The notes under the pieces: model-generated
The model's database searches: none
Told to the model about the DNA's origin: nothing
What the model saw: the letters and a program-made list of their open reading frames with translations, nothing else
Shown here: positions 26,101 to 32,000 of the stretch, piece by piece
Numbering within the stretch: position 1 is the stretch's first letter
Layout of the letters: each line of letters starts with the position of its first letter
NCBI GenBank assembly: GCA_965224465.1
Contig: OZ245049.1
Location: forward strand, 3,630,001 to 3,662,000
Reading direction: 5' to 3'
Length of the DNA stretch: 32,000 nt
DNA from: Flavobacteriaceae bacterium
GTDB lineage: Bacteria; Bacteroidota; Bacteroidia; Flavobacteriales; Flavobacteriaceae
Position numbers and translations under genes: made by a program

Positions 26101-27220
26101 ATTCAACTAATAAACGCAACTTTTCGATTTGATTCTATGATGGTTATATTTTCAAAACAGAAAAGTAGGAAAACCTACCTTTCTTGTCTTGATGGATATG
26201 TATCTTACGGTCTCAAATCTCGAAAAAAGAAGTTGTATGAAACACATCACCCAAGCACAAAGATACACAATTTGCTGCATGTTAAAACAAGGTTATAAAC
26301 AGGTTGAGATAGCAGCTGCTATAGGAAAAGACAAGTCTGTTATTAGCAAAGAGATTAAGCGTAATTCAGACAAAAGAAATGGAGTTTACAAGCATGAATT
26401 AGCCCAAAAAAAGTATGCTAAACGTCATAAAGAAAAGCCTAAAAGAAAACGCTTTACAGAAGATATTCAACAAGCAATAGAATTGTTATTGCGAGACGAT
26501 TATAGTCCTGAGCAAGTAGTTGGTATCCTAAAAAAACAAGGTAAAGAAACGGTGTCTATTGAGCGTATATATCAGCATATTAGGGAAGACAAGAGGAATG
26601 ATGGTGATTTACATACACACCTTCGCAGACAGGGAAGGAGATATAGAAAACGTGGCTCATCAAAGGATTCTAGAGGGGTTATAAAGAATCGCATTAGTAT
26701 AGAACAACGACCTGAAGTTGTTGAACAAAGAAATCGATTTGGAGATTTAGAGGTCGATTTAATCATAGGTAAAAACCATAATCAAGCCATACTTACCGTA
26801 AATGATAGAGCTTCTGGAATGCTTAAAATGAAAAAAGTAAGCTCTAAAGAAGCAGTTGTTGTCACCAAAGCTATCAATGAAATATTAGAAGACTGGAAGC
26901 CTTATCTACATACTATAACAGCTGATAATGGAAAAGAATTTGCAGGCCATGAGCAGGTTGCAGAAAATTTATGTATTGATTACTTTTTTGCGCATCCATA
27001 TCACTCTTGGGAAAGAGGATCTAACGAAAATTTAAATGGTTTGATTAGACAATATTTTGCCAAAGGAAGTGACTTTACAAACCTAACAGATCAAAGAATC
27101 AAAGAGGTAGAAACAAAATTAAATAACAGACCTAGGAAGAGACATAAATACGAAAACCCTATATTTGTAATGGAACAATTATTATTTAACTAAAAGTTGC
27201 GTTTGTGACTTGAATTCAGC
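26098..27220 (+). mobile_element. IS30-family insertion sequence, complete copy C
   Basis: Same termini as copy A (AATTCAACTAATAAACGCAAC at the left, GTTGCGTTTGTGACTTGAATTCAGC at the right). It sits between I4 and the handle-truncated T5 cassette. Left boundary uncertain by a few bp. Confidence 0.85.
26189..27193 (+). CDS. IS30-family DDE transposase
   Basis: 334 aa, 2 aa different from the 98-1102 copy (V/I and Q/E). Confidence 0.93.
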   Translation: MMDMYLTVSNLEKRSCMKHITQAQRYTICCMLKQGYKQVEIAAAIGKDKSVISKEIKRNSDKRNGVYKHELAQKKYAKRHKEKPKRKRFTEDIQQAIELLLRDDYSPEQVVGILKKQGKETVSIERIYQHIREDKRNDGDLHTHLRRQGRRYRKRGSSKDSRGVIKNRISIEQRPEVVEQRNRFGDLEVDLIIGKNHNQAILTVNDRASGMLKMKKVSSKEAVVVTKAINEILEDWKPYLHTITADNGKEFAGHEQVAENLCIDYFFAHPYHSWERGSNENLNGLIRQYFAKGSDFTNLTDQRIKEVETKLNNRPRKRHKYENPIFVMEQLLFN

Positions 27221-27277
27221 TATGTAAAATAAGCGGTTTAAATATTAATATCAAAGAAATAGACATAGAGAAAGTAT

Positions 27278-28810
27278 ATGGTTTATTACAAGAGTCTAAG
27301 AATTGTGTTTATCAAACCATGTAATAAAGTAGAAGAAAAAGAAGTGCCACCAAAACGTATGTTTCCTAAAAGCAATATAGTACATCACTTTCATCCAATT
27401 GCTTGGGTGGAGCAGATGAGACTTGTTTTTGGAGAGGGTGGTGGGAATTGTTTATGCTCTAGAGACCTTACTGAAGATGAAGTTACCAACATGGTAAAAC
27501 GAATTTCAGGAAAAGGCAGCCTTTGGAATGGTATTTATGAATCCTGTGATATTACCGATAAAAGTTTTTCTTCATTTAGAGATGAACTCAATAAGATGTT
27601 TAAAAAACATGGGTTTAATACATGTATTGATAAGATATCATTTTTAGCGCAAGCAGCACACGAAACAGGAGGCTTTCAGCAGAATAAAGAGGAGAAAAGT
27701 AAATACTTATCAAGTCAAAGTACTTATAAGGGAAGAGGAATGATCCAATTGACTGGAAATAAAGATAAAAGTACAGGTTATTATAATTTAGCGGGTGTAT
27801 ATAAATCTTATTCAAAGTATGTTAATGATCCAAATGTTGAAAGTGACCCAGATTTAGTTTCAAAAAATTTACACTATACAGTAGATTCAAGCGGTTGGTT
27901 TTTCAAATCCAAAAAAGTTCCTAAATGGAATAAGAAATGGTTAAAATACGATAATCTCAGAAGGGAAAGACTAAGCCATTTTAGTGAAGGTTTAGGTAAA
28001 AATTTACTAGAATTATCTCCTTTTATAAATAAAGATGAAAAGTACTTTTGGTTACAATCGAAAATTATAAATGGTTATTTTAAATCAGATACACTAAAAA
28101 GTCACCCAAATGGTTGGAATGATAGGGTAGAATCTTTTATGCAATTAAGATCTGTTTTTCATTTTGGAACAGAGTGTGTAAATAATCTTGAAAAGTTAGA
28201 AATAGAGGAAAGGGCTCCATGGATGAAGATCGCAATAGAAGAAGCAGAAAAAGCGGCTGGATGTCATGAAGGTAAAGAGCCTTTGCTAACAATGGGTAAG
28301 AGTTACTTAACATTTGCAGGTAACAATAAATCTCCTGATGACGATGTAGATGGTCAATGGTGTGCATCTTTTTTATCATGGTGTATTGATAAATCTAAAT
28401 TTACGGTTCATTCTGAAAAATGGAAAAGATCCAATTCACAGGAATTTAGAAAGAGTGCTGAAGCTGGAGTATTTTATAAAAAGATAGATAAACCCATATT
28501 TGGTGCTTTAGCTGTTTATACTAAATATAGTGATAGTGATCATGGCCATATAGGTTTTATTGCAGGGAAAACTAAAGCAGGAAAGTATCTTTTATTAGGT
28601 GGTAATCAAGGTGATACTATAAGAGCAGCCTCTTATGGAGAAAAGACAAAAACAAAATACTTGAATGGTTTTTATATACCGAAAGATTACAATGTAACAG
28701 ATAAAGATTATCTCACAAATGATGAACAGAACTATTCGAGTTCTAGTGAATTAAATTATAAACTAGGAATTTACACAAAAGTCAAAAATGATTCAGAGAA
28801 AACAAGTTAG
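27278..28810 (+). CDS. Orphan toxin cassette T5: minimal handle remnant + GH19 + CHAP (TIGR02594-like) peptidase
   Basis: Handle homology is present only from 27325 (KVEEKEVPPKRMFPKSNIVHHFHPIAWVEQM). An unrelated 16-codon leader with an ATG at 27278 precedes it. GH19 motifs: ISFLAQAAHETGGF and YKGRGMIQLTG. CHAP-like motifs: QWCASFLSWCIDKS...GALAVYTKYSDSDHGHIGFIAGKTKAGKYLLLGGNQ. Confidence 0.75.
   Translation: MVYYKSLRIVFIKPCNKVEEKEVPPKRMFPKSNIVHHFHPIAWVEQMRLVFGEGGGNCLCSRDLTEDEVTNMVKRISGKGSLWNGIYESCDITDKSFSSFRDELNKMFKKHGFNTCIDKISFLAQAAHETGGFQQNKEEKSKYLSSQSTYKGRGMIQLTGNKDKSTGYYNLAGVYKSYSKYVNDPNVESDPDLVSKNLHYTVDSSGWFFKSKKVPKWNKKWLKYDNLRRERLSHFSEGLGKNLLELSPFINKDEKYFWLQSKIINGYFKSDTLKSHPNGWNDRVESFMQLRSVFHFGTECVNNLEKLEIEERAPWMKIAIEEAEKAAGCHEGKEPLLTMGKSYLTFAGNNKSPDDDVDGQWCASFLSWCIDKSKFTVHSEKWKRSNSQEFRKSAEAGVFYKKIDKPIFGALAVYTKYSDSDHGHIGFIAGKTKAGKYLLLGGNQGDTIRAASYGEKTKTKYLNGFYIPKDYNVTDKDYLTNDEQNYSSSSELNYKLGIYTKVKNDSEKTS
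27325..27432 (+). repeat. Handle repeat, copy 5 (3'-terminal about 110 nt only)
   Basis: TAAAGTAGAAGAAAAAGAAGTGCCACCAAAACG...GAGCAGATGAGACTTGTTTTTGG. Confidence 0.85.
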
Positions 28811-29513
28811 CTTATTCATATCAATTCTTCTAATTTTATTGTTTAATGTTAGTTGTAAGAGAAAAATAAAACAGGAAATTTTTGTTAAAAAAGAGACAGA
28901 AGTAAAACCTGTAATTAAACAAGTATCCAAAGTTTATGTTGATAATTTAACCCGTGATAAATTCGATTCTCTCTTAAATTCAGGAATAATTGATAATATT
29001 GATTATAATGGAGATTTAGTTTCGTGTTACAAAATAGTAGACAAATCGGGGGGGCATTATCTAATTTTAACTCATGATTACACCAAGAATATAATTTACT
29101 TCTACTATGCTGAACAAGAAGCTTTTGGAGTGAAGCTAATATGGAGCATAAGTGATTCGGTTGTTCAAACTGATTATTCGGAAGAATATGATATATATTT
29201 TCTCAAAAATTACATTCATGTTGCTGATTTTGATAATGATGATTTAGTTGATATAATTCTGGTATATAAGACAAATTCAAAAGAAGATTATGATAGATTA
29301 AAAATTAGAATCTTTCATAAAGATTCTAAGGTTTTAATAAATCACAAAGGAGCTTCCTTGGATGATGAAAGGGAAACTAAAATAGATCAAAGTTTTTATT
29401 CTTTACCCAAATCGATAAGGCAACAAGTTTTTTTAGATATCAAAGAAATCAACGTTGAAGTTTTAAGTATTAACTCAGATGTGTTAAAGAAAATTGGTGT
29501 TAATTTATATTAA
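28788..29513 (+). CDS. Lipoprotein, candidate immunity I5
   Basis: 241 aa with a lipobox (LLFNVSC). Its ATG overlaps the T5 stop by 23 nt. Contains VADFDNDDLVDIILVY, an FG-GAP-like Asp-rich loop. A near-identical copy is at 21334-22059. Confidence 0.75.
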   Translation: MIQRKQVSLFISILLILLFNVSCKRKIKQEIFVKKETEVKPVIKQVSKVYVDNLTRDKFDSLLNSGIIDNIDYNGDLVSCYKIVDKSGGHYLILTHDYTKNIIYFYYAEQEAFGVKLIWSISDSVVQTDYSEEYDIYFLKNYIHVADFDNDDLVDIILVYKTNSKEDYDRLKIRIFHKDSKVLINHKGASLDDERETKIDQSFYSLPKSIRQQVFLDIKEINVEVLSINSDVLKKIGVNLY

Positions 29514-29601
29514 ATCCCCGCCCCCGCTAGTTCAATGTTATTAAGTTGAGAGTTTAATTATAAAAAAAATCAGTATTTTAAATTTACTTTAATCAAGTAT
29601 A

Positions 29602-30148
29602 CAGAAATAGCACAAAAACTATCTCGTTTGGTATGTAAGCACAAAAATGAATGGTCTTATACTATGGACGAAATAAAACCAGAAGTAAAAGAACTCTATG
29701 ATTTTGGTATACAATTAGAAGAAGTTACAGCCGAAAAACAAAAACTAGAAACTGAAAGGGATGATAGTTTAGCCAAAATGGAAACCAAAATAGAAAATTT
29801 AATGTGGTGGGATGAGGCAAGTAAAAAAACCTACACAGCACCCATAAAAGAAGAAGATAAAACAAAAACGAGTAGCACCAAAAGACCTTCTATGTTGCCA
29901 GAAGGTACAGTGGTAGAAGAAATACCACAAAAAGATGTTGTACCTTTAGACAATAAAACAACAGCAGCTAAACCAGATGCTAAACCACCGGAAGATAGTA
30001 TACCAACGACAAGTACAACCGCTGCTCCAGCACCAGAAACTAAAGTAGAAGAAAAAGAAGTGCCACCAAAACGTATGTTTCCAAGTACAGATATAGTACA
30101 TCATTTTCATCCTATTGCTTGGGTGGAGCAGATGAAGCTTATTTTTGG
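29602..30148 (+). repeat. Handle repeat, copy 6 (full length)
   Basis: Same 5' boundary as copies 1 and 4. It diverges from them after GAGCAGATGAAGCTTATTTTTGG. Confidence 0.9.
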
Positions 30149-31523
30149 AACGCAAGCTAAGTATTGTACCCAAGAAATGAAAGTAAGGGCATTCTTACGA
30201 CTTATAAAATACAAAGAAGGAAAACCCGGAGAGGAAGGGTATAGACAACTCTTTGGAGGAAAGTCTTTTTCAGGGTTTAATGACCACCCTAAAAATTCTG
30301 AAACATATGTAGTAAATGGCAAATCTATAACCTCAGATGCGGCAGGTGCGTATCAAATTATGGGAGGCACATGGGATACATCACCACTTAATGACAAAAA
30401 AGAGAAATATGGAGTCAAAGATTTTAGTCCGTTATCTCAAGATTATGCAGCTTTAGTTTTGTTAAAGTATCAAAAGAAAGATACTAAACCTAGTGATTAT
30501 CAAGTAAAGAATTGGGGCAATAAATGGGCTGATAAAATGATAAAAAAATGGAAGATGAAATATCCGAAAATTACTAGAGATTCTTTTCCAAAACATACCA
30601 ATAGATATATAAACGCTACAGGCGATATTATCCAAATGTTGATAGACAATGATCTGGATAAAGCTTTATTGACAGCTGCTATTACATGGGCTAGTTTCCC
30701 TGACTCTATATATGGACAAGAGCCTTCATCGTATTCAATCGTTGATGCAAAAGTTAAGTTTAGAGAACTTTTATTACAAGAAATAAAAGGGGAAACCGAT
30801 TTATATTTAGAAGAAGGTTTTTTAAAGAAACTTGGATATAAATGTTGTGACAGTCAAAATAATGCTATTACAGGAACTTCTCCTGAGGGTAAAGAGCCTA
30901 TAGATTTACGTTTAACCATTCCTTGGCATTCACAATTTACAGCAGATACTTTTGGACCTTATCATCACCAAAGTTGGATGTGCTATGATACCTCATTAAT
31001 GATTCTACAAGAATTTGTAGGATTAACAGCGGGAGGTAAAAGAGGAAATAAATCAACAACAGTAAATGGCAGAGACCTTGGTACTTCAAATAATGTAATT
31101 CAAGTTTCTTTGGAGAATACGGAAGTAGATGGAAGCTATACTGTTACAGTGCCTGTTGTAAAAAATACTGAAACTGGTATTGTTTATTTAGATCAAGAAT
31201 TAGAAAAAGGTAACCCTATATTAGTTGGTGTCCGTCATACTTATAAAAAGGTTAAAAAAACAAAGGGTTATAAATATGAGCAAAATTATGATAAATCTAC
31301 GGATCACTTTGTGATTGTAGTTGGTCGTGGTTATGAAAATGGAAAAAGGTATTTTCTTTTTTATGAAGTAGGTACAAGTTGTTCCGATAAAGGGCAACAC
31401 GATAAAAATAGATTATTTGTAAATGATGATTGGTCTATAGCTGGGATACCACAGCATAACCTGACGAGAACTTATACATTAACTCAAGTAAGAGGAAATA
31501 AAACTAACGGTAACTTTAAGTAA
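29628..31523 (+). CDS. Orphan toxin cassette T6: full handle + GH104 (phage lambda lysozyme-like lytic transglycosylase) + C39-like papain-fold peptidase
   Basis: Handle homology starts at 29602. The GH104 region aligns by eye to lambda R: AFLRLIKYKEGK...GYRQLFGGKSFSGFNDHP...AAGAYQIMGGTWD...YGVKDFSPLSQDYAALVLL...WASFPDSIYGQ. The C-terminal domain is homologous to that of the full-length toxin (IPWHSQF...WMCYDTSLMILQEF...TDHFVIVVGRG...FYEVGTS). Confidence 0.78.
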   Translation: MVCKHKNEWSYTMDEIKPEVKELYDFGIQLEEVTAEKQKLETERDDSLAKMETKIENLMWWDEASKKTYTAPIKEEDKTKTSSTKRPSMLPEGTVVEEIPQKDVVPLDNKTTAAKPDAKPPEDSIPTTSTTAAPAPETKVEEKEVPPKRMFPSTDIVHHFHPIAWVEQMKLIFGTQAKYCTQEMKVRAFLRLIKYKEGKPGEEGYRQLFGGKSFSGFNDHPKNSETYVVNGKSITSDAAGAYQIMGGTWDTSPLNDKKEKYGVKDFSPLSQDYAALVLLKYQKKDTKPSDYQVKNWGNKWADKMIKKWKMKYPKITRDSFPKHTNRYINATGDIIQMLIDNDLDKALLTAAITWASFPDSIYGQEPSSYSIVDAKVKFRELLLQEIKGETDLYLEEGFLKKLGYKCCDSQNNAITGTSPEGKEPIDLRLTIPWHSQFTADTFGPYHHQSWMCYDTSLMILQEFVGLTAGGKRGNKSTTVNGRDLGTSNNVIQVSLENTEVDGSYTVTVPVVKNTETGIVYLDQELEKGNPILVGVRHTYKKVKKTKGYKYEQNYDKSTDHFVIVVGRGYENGKRYFLFYEVGTSCSDKGQHDKNRLFVNDDWSIAGIPQHNLTRTYTLTQVRGNKTNGNFK

Positions 31524-31525
31524 TT

Positions 31526-32000
31526 ATGAAAAGTATAAATAAGTTTATCATAACAGTGTTATTTATAACTACAATCGCATGTAAAAATAATGCTCAAAAC
31601 ACAGACAATACAAATAGTACTCAAGAAATATTAACTGAATTACCCGATGAAATAGCTAATAAAACATGGGTTTATATTAATCCCATAGAGAAACAATGGT
31701 TTAAAACCATGTTAGAATATAATGATAGGGAATATATAAAGACAGAAACAAACTCCATTGATGTGCCTATAGATCTCTATGACCCTGTTAGATCTTCTCA
31801 AAAAATAGAGTCTATTACTGTAAATGATAAAGGTTATTCTATTAAGTTTAATAAGTCAAAAAAACTAGGAGGTATTGATTTTAAATGGCTAGATAAAAGT
31901 AAAGGATTAGGGATTTGGGAGATAAAGTACATAGATGAAGGATATGCGGAATTTGGAGATACAATTGTCAGAAAAAAAAGTGTGATAAAAAAATTTATTA
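31526..32000 (+). CDS. Lipoprotein, candidate immunity I6 (intact 5' end, runs off the window)
   Basis: The ATG at 31526 lies 2 nt after the T6 stop. MKSINKFIITVLFITTIACKNN is a signal peptide with a lipobox Cys. The sequence is identical by eye to the decapitated copy at 16959-17954. Confidence 0.72.
   Translation, partial: MKSINKFIITVLFITTIACKNNAQNTDNTNSTQEILTELPDEIANKTWVYINPIEKQWFKTMLEYNDREYIKTETNSIDVPIDLYDPVRSSQKIESITVNDKGYSIKFNKSKKLGGIDFKWLDKSKGLGIWEIKYIDEGYAEFGDTIVRKKSVIKKFI

Larger units (their letters stand above)
28757..30148 (+). repeat. Segmental duplication block B (T5 tail + immunity I5 + spacer + handle), uninterrupted
   Basis: See block A. This copy carries the empty IS target site TTATTAA at 29538-29544. 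Confidence 0.88.

Noticed and set aside
11094-30148. Regularly recurring repeats separated by unique sequence, which could suggest a CRISPR array.
   Set aside because: The repeats are 110-560 nt of protein-coding sequence and the 'spacers' are multi-kb gene pairs. There are no short palindromic 25-40-nt repeats and no cas genes.

Overview
AT-rich window, probably from a Bacteroidota or Flavobacteriia-like genome (inferred from the ECF-sigma/FecR pair, the IS families present and the lipoprotein signal peptides). It has two parts. (1) Positions 1-8010 are an IS-riddled region: a complete IS30 copy, a divergent FecR anti-sigma / ECF sigma pair, a truncated IS4-like transposase, an IS66-family element whose transposase is split by a nested ISAs1 element, and a truncated IS30 copy. 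(2) Positions 8584-32000 and beyond hold what looks like a polymorphic toxin locus. Its order is a PAAR spike-tip protein, an atypical M23-like/SH3b protein, then one full-length toxin gene and a lipoprotein immunity gene. Behind these lies an array of at least five 5'-truncated orphan toxin cassettes, each followed by its own lipoprotein gene, plus one chimeric cassette remnant and one toxin-less immunity copy. IS1595, IS4-family and IS30 insertions are scattered through the array. All toxin C-termini read as multi-module peptidoglycan hydrolases: GH19, GH104 or SLT-like glycosidase modules combined with CHAP, NlpC/P60, C39-like or M15 peptidase modules. A nearly identical DNA 'handle' of up to about 0.55 kb precedes every cassette. 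It encodes a coiled-coil segment, a Pro/Thr/Lys-rich linker and an invariant HHFHPIAWVEQM motif, and it stops abruptly where the toxin sequences diverge. This is the architecture expected for recombinational C-terminal switching, as in Rhs/CdiA orphan arrays, but there are no Rhs/YD or VENN hallmarks. No VgrG, Hcp or sheath genes lie in the window, so the secretion route (T6SS suggested by PAAR) is an inference.
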